A stretch of 64,000 bases of DNA from Syntrophales bacterium (GCA_040767195.1 JAXGPA010000004.1:128001-192000), one strand, 5' to 3'. Shown: positions 27,179-37,487, numbered from the stretch's first letter. Made by a program: numbers and translations. The notes: generated by a model not told the origin, from the sequence alone.

Positions 27179-30100
27179 CTAAATCTTCGTCACATTGACC
27201 ATGAACGCCTTGTATTCGGGACAGAAGGTATTCGCGTCACCGACCGAGGGCGTCAGAAGGTTGCAGCTGTCCCCGCCGTCTTCAGGGAACAGCCACCCGT
27301 AATTGAAGGGCATGCCGACCTGATGCACCGTCCTGCCCTCCACGAGGAAGGGGCGGAAGCGCTTGGTAACCATGGCCACGCATTTAACGGATCCCCGGGC
27401 CGAGGACACTTTCACTTTTTCGCCGTTCTTGATGCCTTTTTCCTGCGCCAGTTTTTCCCCGATCTCGACATACGCCTCGGGCTGCATTTCCAGGAGCCAG
27501 GCCTGCCAGCGCGTGAGCGCCCCGGAGCACCAGTGCTCCGTGCAGGAATAGGTGGTGCAGACATAGGGGAATGCATCGCTGGCGCTGGCCACCTTGTCCA
27601 TGTCGGTGTCGAAAATGTGGAGGGCCGGGTTGTTCAACTGGCTGGACATGGGGTTTTTGCCGAGCGGCCCTTCCAGGGGTTCATAGTGTTCCGAGAAAGG
27701 CCCTTCGGCCATTCCGGGGCCGAAAAGGGACCCCACGCCGTCGGCCTTCATGATGAAGGGATACTTCCCCGCCTCTTTATCGGCCTGGGGCGGCCAGGGG
27801 CCGTCGGGCACGTCGCCCACCCAGGTATTCCCCGTCCATTCGAGAAGCTTTTTCCGAGGATTGTAGGGCCTGCCGTGAATGTCGCAGGAAGCGCGGTTAT
27901 ACAAAATGCGCCTGTTGACGGGCCAAGCCCAGGTCCAGTTGGGATAGAGCCCGAGACCTGTCGGGTCGTCCTTTTCCCGCTTGGTCATCTTGTTCTGGCC
28001 GTCGGCGGTGAAACTTCCGGCCATGAGCCAGTTGCCGCTGGACGTCGAGCCGTCGTCCTGGAGGAGCCCGAAGGTCGGCACGAGCTGCCCCTTCTTGTAA
28101 ACTGTCTTCGTTCCCTTGGCCTTGTCCTCGATGACCGTGTCCTTCAAGAAATAGCCGTTGATCTGCCTGGCCGTTTTCAGGGCGACGAATTTCTTGCCGA
28201 AATCGAGGTAGTCGGATTTGAAATTCAGGATCGGCTCCGGGTGGACGCCGCCCTCGGCCGCGTAAAGGGCCTTCACGGCATCGATGATCTTGATGAACAT
28301 CTCCCCGACGGGGATGGCGTCTTCAGGAGCTTCAGCGGCCTTGTATTTCCACTGGACCCACCGGCCGCTGTTGGTCTGGCTGCCTTCCTTCTCCATGGAG
28401 GCCGAGGCGGGAAGGAGGAAGCACTCCGTTTTCACCTTTTTTGGGTCGACGCCGGGACCCTTCCAGAAAGAGCAGGTCTCGTTGTCGAAGATGTTGGCGC
28501 TCACGAGCCAGTCGAGGTTTTCCAGGGCTTTCCGCACCTTGTTCGCATTGGGCGAGCTGACGGCGGGGTCCGTGCCGACGGAAAAGAGTCCCTTGACACT
28601 GCCCTTGTACATGGCATCGAAAAGGTGCATGAGGGAGTAAGCCGTGCCGTCGTCGAGCCTGGGCATCCAGGAATAGCCGAACCCGTTTTCCGGTGTCCCC
28701 TTGTCGTCATAGAGCGACTTGAGGAAGCTCACATAGAACTTGGGATAGTTCCGGTAGTAGTTGGGTGACTGGGGATCGTTCGTCACCGGCGTGTATTTCT
28801 TGAGATATTTTTCAAGAGTGTCCAGGGAAGCCACGGGCATCTTCAGGTAGCCGGGCAGGTTGCCGTACAGGATGCAGTGGTCCGTCGACCCCTGGACGTT
28901 GGGCTCGCCCCGGAGGGCGTTGATCCCGCCGCCGCAGACGCCCATGTTGCCCAGAAGAAGCTGAACGATGGCCATGGTCCGGATGTTCTGGGTTCCCACG
29001 CTGTGGTGGGTCCAGCCCAGGGCGTAGCAGATCGTCCCCGCCCGGTCGCCGACGCCGCTGTCGCCGTAGTCCATGTAGACCTTCATGAGGTCTTCCTTGG
29101 AAACGCCGGTGATGCTGGAAACCTTGTCCAGGGTGTACCGGGAGTAGTGCTTTTTCAGGAGCTGGAAAACGCATCGGGGGTGGGTGAGGGAAAAGTCCTT
29201 CTGCGGGATGCCCGAGCTGTTCATTTCGAATACCCAGGTGTCCTTGCTGTATTTCTTCTTTTCCCTGTCGTATCCCGTGAAGAGGCCGTCCTCGAACCCG
29301 AAATCCTTCGCCACGATGAAAGGCGCGTTGGTGTAATTGATGACGTAGTCCTTGAAATACTTGTCGTTCGTGAGAATGTAGTTGATGAGTCCTCCCAGGA
29401 AGGCGATGTCCGTTCCCGAGCGGAGGGGAACGTGGTAATCGCAGCGGGCCGATGTCCTGGTAAAGCGGGGATCGACGTGGATGATTTTCGCCCCGGTCCG
29501 TTCCTTCGCCCGAAGGATCCATTTGAAGGCGATGGGGTGATGCTCCGCCGCGTTGCTGCCCATGATGAGGATGCAGTTACTGTGCTGCAGATCTATCCAG
29601 TGGTTCGTCATGGAACCGCGCCCGAACGACTCTGCCAGAGCCGCTACAGTCGGGCTGTGTCAGACCCGGGCCTGGTGATCCACATAGACAAGCCCCATGG
29701 TCCGGGCGATGACGCTCATGAGCCAGCACTCTTCGCTGTCCACGTTGGAACTACCCAGGTGCCCGATCGACTCGGTCCGGTTGACGACCTGGCCCTTGCT
29801 GTTTGTCGTTATGAAATCCTTGTCCCTCGTGTCCTTGACCAGGCGGGCGATGCGGGCGAGGGCCCAGTCCCAGTCCTTCTCTTCCCACCGGTCGCTCATG
29901 GGGGCCCGGTAGAGAACCTTGCGGAGCCGGTACTTGTTGGCCTCCGTCAGATCGAAGAAGCCGGCCCCCTTGGCGCACAGCGAACCCTCGTTGATGGGGT
30001 GGTCGGCGTCGCCTTCGATGCTGAAGATCTTGCCGGTGATCTTGTCCACGCTGCAGATGAGCCCGCACCCTACGGCACAGTAACAGCAGACCGTCGTGAC

Positions 30101-30247
30101 CTGCCTGGCCGCCTTCACCCGGTTCATTTTGTTCAGTTCGTTCGCGTAAGCCCTCGCCGGCTTCAGGTTGATTCCCAGCGAGGACAGGGCGATACCCGAC
30201 CCGACAGCGCCGGAAACGGCTAAAAATCCTCTTCGAGTAACTTCCAT
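27179..30247 (-). CDS. fdnG: Tat-exported selenocysteine formate dehydrogenase-N alpha subunit (1022 aa); UGA=Sec at 29660-29662
   Basis: TRRGFL twin-arginine signal, CCYCAVGC. In-frame TGA in DHQARV-U-HSPTVAALAESFGRGSMTNHW. Also ALRGEPNVQGSTD and PEYKAFMVNV. Confidence 0.93.
29627..29652 (-). other. SECIS-like hairpin of fdnG
   Basis: CGACUGUAGCGGCUCUGGCAGAGUCG can fold just 3' of the UGA. Less canonical than the two fdhF elements. Confidence 0.55.
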
Positions 30248-30285
30248 AAATGCCTCCTTTGACGCTCATGTTTAAAAAACAATAT

Positions 30286-30303
30286 TATGTCAAAAAAGGC
30301 ATA
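30286..30303. promoter_or_regulatory. Candidate ModE-type box upstream of fdnG
   Basis: TATGTC-AAAAAA-GGCATA, 39 nt upstream of the start, downstream of a minus-strand TTGACA at 30322-30327. Confidence 0.6.
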
Positions 30304-30458
30304 AGCATTTTTTGGACGTCATGTCAATATGTTATAATTAACAGAAGGGCTCCCTGGGATTTTGAAACGGCGGTGGGCAGTCTTTTTCCGGGGGCCGTCA
30401 CGGATTCGCGGGCGCCCCGGATTGAAGGATAAAAACAAACTGTCAAACAGGAAAGGAC

Positions 30459-31358
30459 TCAGGGTTCCTGTGACCTGAAATCATTCCACTCGTTGAAGGC
30501 GACGGGGACATACCCCTTTTCCTGCATGATCATGTCGAGATGGACGAGCCCCATGGAGAGGACGTCAAAATTACGGTCACCGAGATCGCTGACGCGATTC
30601 AAGGTGATCAGATACCGCCGGCACTTCTCGCAGACGAAGGCCGTTTCCTTTTCTTTTCCCTCGACAAAGAAATAGGTCACCCCTTCTTCCTTGCCTTCAT
30701 GTTCGCAGTAGGGGCACAAGACGCGATTGAAGCGCCACTCATGCCGGCATCGTGAACAATGGAGCCAACGCTCCGTGATTTTGTCCTTGATCACGGCCAT
30801 ATCGGGAAAGGCGCCGCAGAAGGGGCAGAATCCCTTGTTCCATGTAAAATCCCCCAGCAGGCGGACGATCTCTTTCGCCTTCATTTCCAAAGCCGGCCTC
30901 AACATGCAGACCATAAGCAACTGGAGGGTCTCCTGTCTTATGTTGAGGACGTTTGCCCAGTTTTCAAGAATCTGTCCGTCCAGTTCCGGAAAGGAGGAAA
31001 AATAGTCCCTCGGTTCCACGCTTCCCCCGCGGATGCCTTCTTCAAGTTTCGAAAGGTCTTCTGCCAGGGCGGGCAGGCCCGACCTTACGGACGGAATGAC
31101 GTCAAGGGCCAGTTTCTTCCACGGTTCATCGGGACGAAACAACGCCGCCTGCTGACTTATGGATACACCGGCCTGCAACCGGATCTTGTCGACCCCCGAC
31201 AGATCGACGCCCATGAAGGCGTTATCCTCAACGAGACGCTTCCTTTCCAGGAGGATCTCCCTGAAGGCGTCGAGAAGGTTACGGCTGTGAGAATATTTCT
31301 CCATCGCCTCCGCGATTTGCCTGTCGAGTCTCGCCAATTTTTCAGAACGCTCACCCAT
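30459..31358 (-). CDS. fdhE: Formate dehydrogenase accessory protein FdhE
   Basis: WNKGFCPFCG, RWLHCSRCRHEW, RVLCPYC, CEKCRRY and HLDMIMQEKGY. Directly upstream of fdnGHI. Confidence 0.88.
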   Translation of the reverse strand: MGERSEKLARLDRQIAEAMEKYSHSRNLLDAFREILLERKRLVEDNAFMGVDLSGVDKIRLQAGVSISQQAALFRPDEPWKKLALDVIPSVRSGLPALAEDLSKLEEGIRGGSVEPRDYFSSFPELDGQILENWANVLNIRQETLQLLMVCMLRPALEMKAKEIVRLLGDFTWNKGFCPFCGAFPDMAVIKDKITERWLHCSRCRHEWRFNRVLCPYCEHEGKEEGVTYFFVEGKEKETAFVCEKCRRYLITLNRVSDLGDRNFDVLSMGLVHLDMIMQEKGYVPVAFNEWNDFRSQEP

Positions 31359-31456
31359 TTCATCACCTCTTCAGGAAATCCGGTCCGGTTCAACGCACAG
31401 GGGTCACAGGCGACATCACCCGACGGGATGAAGCAGTCACGTACCGAACCACGGAA

Positions 31457-31676
31457 TATGTCATTTATGACATAAAATTTCGTCACCCTGATACACACTT
31501 GAAAACGGGAAGTCAAGATTTAATCCTTATTCACATGGAGACAAAGGGGAAACGACGGTTCGACGAACAGGCAAGGGACATAACCACCCGTTTTTATATA
31601 TGTTAAAATAAGCATATTTTAACTTGACTTTCTTTTCCCCACCGCCTATAAGAGCCCCCGTGTTTAAAATGACATA
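31457..31676. promoter_or_regulatory. Divergent fdhE/modA promoters with three ModE-type boxes
   Basis: Boxes TATGTC-ATTTAT-GACATA (31457-31474), TATGTT-AAAATA-AGCATA (31599-31616), CGTGTT-TAAAAT-GACATA (31659-31676). modA promoter TTGACT-17-TATAAG (31624-31652); fdhE promoter TTGACT-17-TATCAG (31516-31488, minus). Confidence 0.65.
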
Positions 31677-31754
31677 AACATAAGATGAACGCCCGTTTCC
31701 GGGAGGACGGGTCGCTCCCCCAGTCAAGGCGTTAACGGGAAAAAGGAGTCTGCC

Positions 31755-32504
31755 ATGAAACGTTTTTCTCTTTCGCTTTTCGTCCTTCTGTTCGCCCTCA
31801 TGGGGTCCTTCTGCCCGGCGGCCGCCGCGGAAAAGCTCATCGTGGCCGTTGCGGCCAATTTCATTTTACCCTCCGGGGAAATCGTCGCCCTGTTCCAGGA
31901 ACGGACGGGAATCACCGTCGAACCGACCTATTCTTCCACGGGCAAGCTCTACGGCCAGATCGTCCAGGGAGCGCCCTACGATGTCTTTCTCTCCGCCGAC
32001 GAAGCGAGACCGGCCCAGCTGAAGGAGCAGGACCTGGCCGATGAACCCTTCGTCTACGCCAGGGGACAGGTGGTTCTCTGGACGGCGAAAAAGTCCCTCC
32101 AAGGGGCGGCGGACTGGCAGTCCGTCGTGAAAAACCCGGAGACGCGAAAGATCGCCATCGCCAACACGGAAAGCGCGCCCTACGGCACCGCGGCCATGAC
32201 CGCCCTCGAGGCAGCCGGTCTGTGGGAGGCGCTGAAAGAAAAATACGTTTTCCCGCAGACCGTCGCACAGGCCTTTCAGTACGCCCTGACGGAAAGCGCC
32301 GATGCGGGGTTCTGCGCCTATTCTTCCGCCCTTTCCGACAAGGCGAAGGGCGGCTTTTTTTACCCGGTCCCGGAAGCGCCGCCCATCGTCCAGGCCGCCT
32401 GCGTTCTGAAACGGACGGAGAACCGGCCCGCCGCCGAAAAATTCGCCGCCTTCCTGGACTCGCCGGAAGCAAAGGAAATAAAGGAGAAATACGGATATCG
32501 TTAA
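31755..32504 (+). CDS. modA: Molybdate ABC transporter substrate-binding protein
   Basis: Signal peptide, VAVAANF, SSTGKLYGQIVQGAPYDVFLSAD, IAIAN...APYGTAA. Confidence 0.9.
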   Translation: MKRFSLSLFVLLFALMGSFCPAAAAEKLIVAVAANFILPSGEIVALFQERTGITVEPTYSSTGKLYGQIVQGAPYDVFLSADEARPAQLKEQDLADEPFVYARGQVVLWTAKKSLQGAADWQSVVKNPETRKIAIANTESAPYGTAAMTALEAAGLWEALKEKYVFPQTVAQAFQYALTESADAGFCAYSSALSDKAKGGFFYPVPEAPPIVQAACVLKRTENRPAAEKFAAFLDSPEAKEIKEKYGYR

Positions 32505-33170
32505 ATGGACCCGGCCCCTCTTTACCTCTCCCTGAAACTGGCCTTTGTGACGACGGTCGTCCTCGTCATCCTGGCGGCCCCCCTCACCTACCTGCTGGTG
32601 TACGTCCGGTTTGCCGGCAAATCGTTTTTCGATGCCCTGCTCAATCTTCCCATGGTCCTGCCGCCGACGGTCCTCGGCTTCTACCTCCTTCTCGTCATGA
32701 CGCCCCGGGGTGGCATCGGCCGCTTCTGGCAGGCCGTGACGGGGTCCCCACTCGTCTTTACCTTTGCCGGCATCGTCGTGGCCTCGCTGGTTTACAGCCT
32801 GCCCTTCGCCATCCAGCCCATGAAGGCCGCTTTTGAAAAAATCGACCGGCGTCTCCTGGAGAGCGCCTATGTCCTGGGACTGTCCCCCCTGGCCGCGTTT
32901 TTCCGGGTCATCATTCCCAACGCCATCAACGGGCTGGCGGCCTCGGCGGTTCTCGTCTTCATCCACACCCTGGGAGAGTTCGGGGTGATTCTCATGGTCG
33001 GCGGGAGCATCCCCGGCGAGACGCGGGTCGCCTCCATCGCCATTTACGAGGCCGTCGAGGCGCTGCGCTACGAGGATGCCGCCATGATGTGCCTGATCCT
33101 GGTGCCGATAAGTTACCTCTTTCTTCTTCTCATCAACAGGCTGACCCAGAGACAGATCTATGGAACTTAA
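32505..33170 (+). CDS. modB: Molybdate ABC transporter permease
   Basis: LPMVLPPTVLGFYLL, YSLPFAIQP, HTLGEFGVILMVGGSIPGETRVASIAIY. Confidence 0.92.
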   Translation: MDPAPLYLSLKLAFVTTVVLVILAAPLTYLLVYVRFAGKSFFDALLNLPMVLPPTVLGFYLLLVMTPRGGIGRFWQAVTGSPLVFTFAGIVVASLVYSLPFAIQPMKAAFEKIDRRLLESAYVLGLSPLAAFFRVIIPNAINGLAASAVLVFIHTLGEFGVILMVGGSIPGETRVASIAIYEAVEALRYEDAAMMCLILVPISYLFLLLINRLTQRQIYGT

Positions 33171-33918
33171 CATTTCCATCAGGAAGAAACTGCCCCACTT
33201 CGATCTCGACGTCACCTTCGGCTGCCGGAAGGGCCGTCTCCTCGTCCTCGTGGGGCCTTCGGGAGCGGGCAAGACGACCATCATCCGGATGCTGGCGGGT
33301 CTTGACCGGCCCGACAAAGGGCGGATTCAGTACGGCGGGGAAACCTGGCTGGACACGGAGAAAAACCTGTTCCTGGCGCCGCAGAAGCGCCGGGTGGGAT
33401 ATGTCTTTCAGGAATACACCCTGTTTCCCCATCTCACCGTTTCCGGGAACGTGGCTTTTTCGGCCGAGGACAAGGCGGAGGTTCCCTCCCTGCTCAAGCG
33501 TTTCAACATCTGGCACCTGAAGGATCGAAAGCCCGACAGGATATCGGGGGGCGAGCGTCAGCGGTGCGCCATCTGCCAGGCCATGGCACGGCGTCCCCGC
33601 CTTCTTCTCCTCGACGAGCCCTTCTCCGCCCTGGACGCGGTGACCCGGCAGAACCTGCGGGAAGAGCTGCAGAAACTGAAACGGGAACTGTCCATTCCCA
33701 TCATTCACGTCACCCACGACATATCGGAAGCCCTCTACCTTGGGGATGACGTCCTTCCCATGGTGAACGGGCGGATCGTCAGAAAGTGGATGGTCCAGTT
33801 CATGCTGAAGGGCCGCCCGCCGGTTCCGGAAAGACCGGCCGAACCCGGGGATGCCTACGGCTACCGGGACAGGCAGGATCTTTCCATTCTCTATAACTCC
33901 CTGGAGATGATGCATTGA
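33160..33918 (+). CDS. modC: Molybdate ABC transporter ATP-binding protein (no TOBE domain)
   Basis: GPSGAGKTT, VGYVFQEYTLFPHL, ISGGERQR, LLLDEPFSALD, HVTHD. Confidence 0.9.
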   Translation: MELNISIRKKLPHFDLDVTFGCRKGRLLVLVGPSGAGKTTIIRMLAGLDRPDKGRIQYGGETWLDTEKNLFLAPQKRRVGYVFQEYTLFPHLTVSGNVAFSAEDKAEVPSLLKRFNIWHLKDRKPDRISGGERQRCAICQAMARRPRLLLLDEPFSALDAVTRQNLREELQKLKRELSIPIIHVTHDISEALYLGDDVLPMVNGRIVRKWMVQFMLKGRPPVPERPAEPGDAYGYRDRQDLSILYNSLEMMH

Positions 33919-35552
33919 TGAACATAGGTCCCTATTCCTTCGACGAGTACATCCACCTGGTCAAGTCCTTCCACGGCCACGTCGCGCCGGGCATGATCAT
34001 CGGCGGGTTCATGGTCGACAAGGCCCTGAACAACAGGCCGGAAGGTGAATTCTTTGACGCCCTCTGCGAGACGGCGAGCTGCCTTCCCGACGCCGTTCAG
34101 CTCCTCACGCCCTGCACGGTGGGAAACGGGTGGCTCCGGATCGTCAATGTGGGCCGATACGCCGTCACCCTTTATGAAAAATACGGAGGAAAGGGGGTAC
34201 GGGTCTACCTCGATGCCGCCACCCTGGACCCGTGGCCCAACATCAGGGAGTGGTTTCTCAAGCTCAAACCGAAGAAGGAGCAGGATTCGAAAGCGCTTTA
34301 CGAGGAGATCAGGAAAGCGGGAACGGACATCTGCAGGGTCCAGAGCGTCCACATACAGCCCCGGTTCATCGGAAAACACTCGAAGGGAAGCATCACCATC
34401 TGTCCCCTCTGCGGCGAGGCCTACCCCTCGAAAGACGGCGAGATCTGTCTCGGCTGCGGCGACCAGAACCCCTATCGGGATGTGGCCATCATCCGGGACG
34501 AGAGGCCTGCGGAAAGTCCCGAGATCGAGGCCCTGGCGGTGGAGGACGCCGTCGGGCGCTCCACTCTTCACGACATGACCCGCATCGTGCCGGGCAGCGC
34601 GAAAGGCCCCGCCTTCCGGAACGGTCACAGGCTGGAAGCCGGCGACATCGATCTGCTTCTGTCCATGGGGAAGAAAACCGTTTACGTCAGGGGCGCCGCT
34701 TTACCCGACGAAGGATGGATCCACGAAGACGAAGCGGCGCTCAAACTCGCCGGGGCCATGGCCGGCGACGGCGTCGTCTTCACGGGCGCGCCGAGCGAGG
34801 GAAAGGTCACCTTCAAGGCGGAAAGGGACGGCCTTCTCGTCGTCGATGAAAAACGCCTCGTCCACTTCAACAGCATTCCCGACGTCATGTGCGCGAGCCG
34901 TCAGAGCTTTTCCGTCGTGTCCGCCGATGACCGGCTCGGGGGAACCCGGGCGATCCCCCTCTTTCTTTCCCGGGCCATCCTGGACAAGGCGCTGGGGATG
35001 TTCAGGGACAACCCGCTTTTCACGGTGCGGCCCATGCGGGAACCCCGGGTGGGGATTCTCGTGACGGGAACGGAAGTCTTCGAGGGACGGGTGGAGGACG
35101 GTTTCATCCCTCTCATCACCGGAAAACTGGAGAAATTCAAGGCCCGTTCCTTTCACTCCCGCATCGTTCCCGATGACCGCGGCGCCATCGCCGGGGCGGT
35201 CCGGGAGCTGATCGGGAAAGGCATCGATCTTCTCGTCACGACGGGGGGGCTCTCCGTCGATCCCGACGACGTCACCCGGGCGGGGCTGGAGGACGCCGGC
35301 GCGACGGACGTGCTGTACGGCGCGCCCATACTGCCCGGCGCGATGACGCTCCTTGCCCGCATCGGGGACATCCAGGTCATCGGCGTTCCTGCCGGGGCCC
35401 TGTATTTCAAGGCAACGAGCTTTGATCTTCTCGTTCCCCGGCTTCTTGCCGGCCTCACCATCTCCCGCTATGACCTGGCACGAATGAGCCACGGCGCCTT
35501 CTGTCTCGAATGCCCGAAGTGCACCTTTCCCCTGTGCCCCTTCGGCCGGTAG
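33915..35552 (+). CDS. FmdE-family domain + zinc finger fused to a MoeA/MogA-like molybdopterin-binding domain
   Basis: FHGHVAPG and CETASCLPDAVQLLTPCTVGNG (FmdE); CPLCGE...CLGC; VGILVTGTEV, TTGGLSVDPDDVT, PILPGAM (MoCF biosynthesis domain); C-terminal CLECPKCTFPLCPFG. Confidence 0.8.
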   Translation: MMNIGPYSFDEYIHLVKSFHGHVAPGMIIGGFMVDKALNNRPEGEFFDALCETASCLPDAVQLLTPCTVGNGWLRIVNVGRYAVTLYEKYGGKGVRVYLDAATLDPWPNIREWFLKLKPKKEQDSKALYEEIRKAGTDICRVQSVHIQPRFIGKHSKGSITICPLCGEAYPSKDGEICLGCGDQNPYRDVAIIRDERPAESPEIEALAVEDAVGRSTLHDMTRIVPGSAKGPAFRNGHRLEAGDIDLLLSMGKKTVYVRGAALPDEGWIHEDEAALKLAGAMAGDGVVFTGAPSEGKVTFKAERDGLLVVDEKRLVHFNSIPDVMCASRQSFSVVSADDRLGGTRAIPLFLSRAILDKALGMFRDNPLFTVRPMREPRVGILVTGTEVFEGRVEDGFIPLITGKLEKFKARSFHSRIVPDDRGAIAGAVRELIGKGIDLLVTTGGLSVDPDDVTRAGLEDAGATDVLYGAPILPGAMTLLARIGDIQVIGVPAGALYFKATSFDLLVPRLLAGLTISRYDLARMSHGAFCLECPKCTFPLCPFGR

Positions 35553-35691
35553 AAACCGCCCCCTCACGGGTTTTTAAGATCACCGGAAACACGATCCCGA
35601 GCCGTCACCGGCCCTTTCGGATCAGGGGGTTCCTGCCCCCCCTTGCAGGGAATATGAAAATATTCTATAAAAGCACCTACATGATACGGGA

Positions 35692-36042
35692 ATGCGACAG
35701 GGGGGCGGGGCGATCGAAATCAAGAGCAAAATATGGCTGGAAAAAGACGGCCGTGTCATTTTCGGACAGGGGCGCAGCGAACTCCTGCGGGCCATCGACG
35801 AATGCAAAAGCCTGAACGCCGCCGCTAAAAAACTCCAGATGTCCTACCGGGCGGCCTGGGGGCGGTTGAAAGCGTCGGAAGACCGGATGGGAATAAAACT
35901 CGTCGAACACGTCCAGGGCAGGAACATGCACCTCACCACGCAGGCCAAGGAGCTTCTCGACCGGTACGACAAGATCGAGAGAGAAATCGAGACGGTCATC
36001 GAGACGGCGCGAAACGACTTTCAGCACATCACCGAGGAGTGA
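35692..36042 (+). CDS. modE: Short ModE-family winged-helix regulator lacking molybdate-binding TOBE domains
   Basis: IKSKIWLE...FGQGRSELLRAIDECKSLNAAAKKLQMSYRAAWGRLKASEDRMGIKLV, the ModE N-terminal signature. 116 aa. Confidence 0.8.
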   Translation: MRQGGGAIEIKSKIWLEKDGRVIFGQGRSELLRAIDECKSLNAAAKKLQMSYRAAWGRLKASEDRMGIKLVEHVQGRNMHLTTQAKELLDRYDKIEREIETVIETARNDFQHITEE

Positions 36043-36070
36043 ACGCCTCCCCGACGAAACCAGGTGACAC

Positions 36071-37243
36071 TCAGAAGCTCGCGGCAAGACGGAAGCCCAG
36101 CCCGTCGCCACGGTGGCTCGGGCCGTTCCTGCCTCGATTGGCGGAGCGGCAGAACCGGGGTCGATCGGACCAGGAACTGCCGCGGCACACGTGGCTCGAG
36201 CCCGTTGGCGGTCCTTCGGGGTCCGTGACGGAACCGGCGGGATAGTTCCCATACCAGTCCAGGCACCACTCCCAGACATTCCCGTGCATGTCGTACAGCC
36301 CCCAGGCGCTGGGCGCCTTCAGGGCCACCGGCTTCGTTCCGCCGCCGCTGTTTCCCCCGTGCCATCCCGTACGGTCCAGCTCGTCATAATAAGGGCCCGC
36401 CGTCCCCGACCGGCAGGCATACTCCCACTCCGCCTCCGTGGGAAGGCGGTATCTGGTCGTCCCCTCCTTCCCGTTCAGCCTCCGGGCGAATTCCTGGCAG
36501 TCCTTCCAGGACACCCTTTCCACGGGGCACCCGTCACCGCAGCCGCCGAACCTGGACGGGCTGTTCCCCATGACGGCCCGCCACTGCCCCTGGGTCACCT
36601 CCGTCACCTGAAGGTAGAAGGCCCTCGTGAGCGTCACCCGGTGCTGCGTTTCGTCACTGTCCCGGCCCGGCTCGGTCTCGGGGCTCCCCATGACGAATGA
36701 CCCCGCGGGAATCCGGACAAAGGTCATCCCGACGGTGTTCGTGAAAACCGGGCCGCTGTCTTCCCATTCCGGATATTTCTCCAGCCGGATGAACAATTGC
36801 CTGTCCTCTCCGGGGGCCAGTATCACCCAGCGCTTCTCCGTTTCGTAGCCCTCCTTCGACACCTCGACGAAGTAGCTTCCCGGGTTGAGAACCATCCCCC
36901 GGCGATAGGGCGCCACGATGTTGAGGATTCGAATTTGCCCATCGGGCGGCATCGCGTTCACGTATATTCTTGACTTCAAAGTATTTTTTGACGTTTCCTG
37001 GGCTTCCTCGGCGGCCTTTCCCCCGTTTTCCCCGGAATCGTTGAATCGGCCGCCGTCTTCCTTTCCGGCCGCAGCGGCCCGGAGCTCCCCCTGCAGTCCC
37101 GTCTGTCCCCCGGCCCCGCTGTTCACAGGCATCGCCACGAAAAAGATGATGGCATGAATCGAAAAAAGGACGAAAAGCCACCGAGCGGCGGAGAAGGGCT
37201 GTTTCCCTGCTTGTTTTTTTGATTTATTCGCTTTTGAACCCAT
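36071..37243 (-). CDS. Formylglycine-generating-enzyme/SUMF1 (FGE-sulfatase) domain protein with N-terminal TM and PEGA-like domain
   Basis: IPAGSFVMGS, TEVTQGQW, PVERVSW, RLPTEAEWEYACR, GLYDMHGNVWEW, LGFRLA. Confidence 0.85.
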   Translation of the reverse strand: MGSKANKSKKQAGKQPFSAARWLFVLFSIHAIIFFVAMPVNSGAGGQTGLQGELRAAAAGKEDGGRFNDSGENGGKAAEEAQETSKNTLKSRIYVNAMPPDGQIRILNIVAPYRRGMVLNPGSYFVEVSKEGYETEKRWVILAPGEDRQLFIRLEKYPEWEDSGPVFTNTVGMTFVRIPAGSFVMGSPETEPGRDSDETQHRVTLTRAFYLQVTEVTQGQWRAVMGNSPSRFGGCGDGCPVERVSWKDCQEFARRLNGKEGTTRYRLPTEAEWEYACRSGTAGPYYDELDRTGWHGGNSGGGTKPVALKAPSAWGLYDMHGNVWEWCLDWYGNYPAGSVTDPEGPPTGSSHVCRGSSWSDRPRFCRSANRGRNGPSHRGDGLGFRLAASF

Positions 37244-37487
37244 GCCGGTTTGCGTCCTGAATTATCTGCCCTGGAAACAGCTAACACGATTCCCCGAGCC
37301 GAGTCAACGGGATCGGCAAGCCGGCCGCCGGCGGGGCCCTTGATTCTTTGACATCCCTGCCATGATATCTGTTTTTGTTTTTTCGCGAAGTGTGATATCT
37401 TAAAAAATTTAAAGAGATACGGTCCCTTGCCGCGCTTTTGTTTAACCGGCCGTGTGATTCGAAGCCGGTCACGAGGTGTCTTTGCTG

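Noticed and set aside
8124..30247. The three FDH alpha genes as nonsense-mutated pseudogenes or as six separate genes
   Set aside because: Each break is a single in-frame UGA at the catalytic Cys/Sec position with a downstream hairpin, which is the signature of selenocysteine recoding.
31680..31754. Moco/Tuco riboswitch in the modA leader
   Set aside because: The leader has alternative pairings (AACGCC/GGCGTT, CCCGTT/AACGGG) but is short and lacks the recognisable multi-stem Moco motif.
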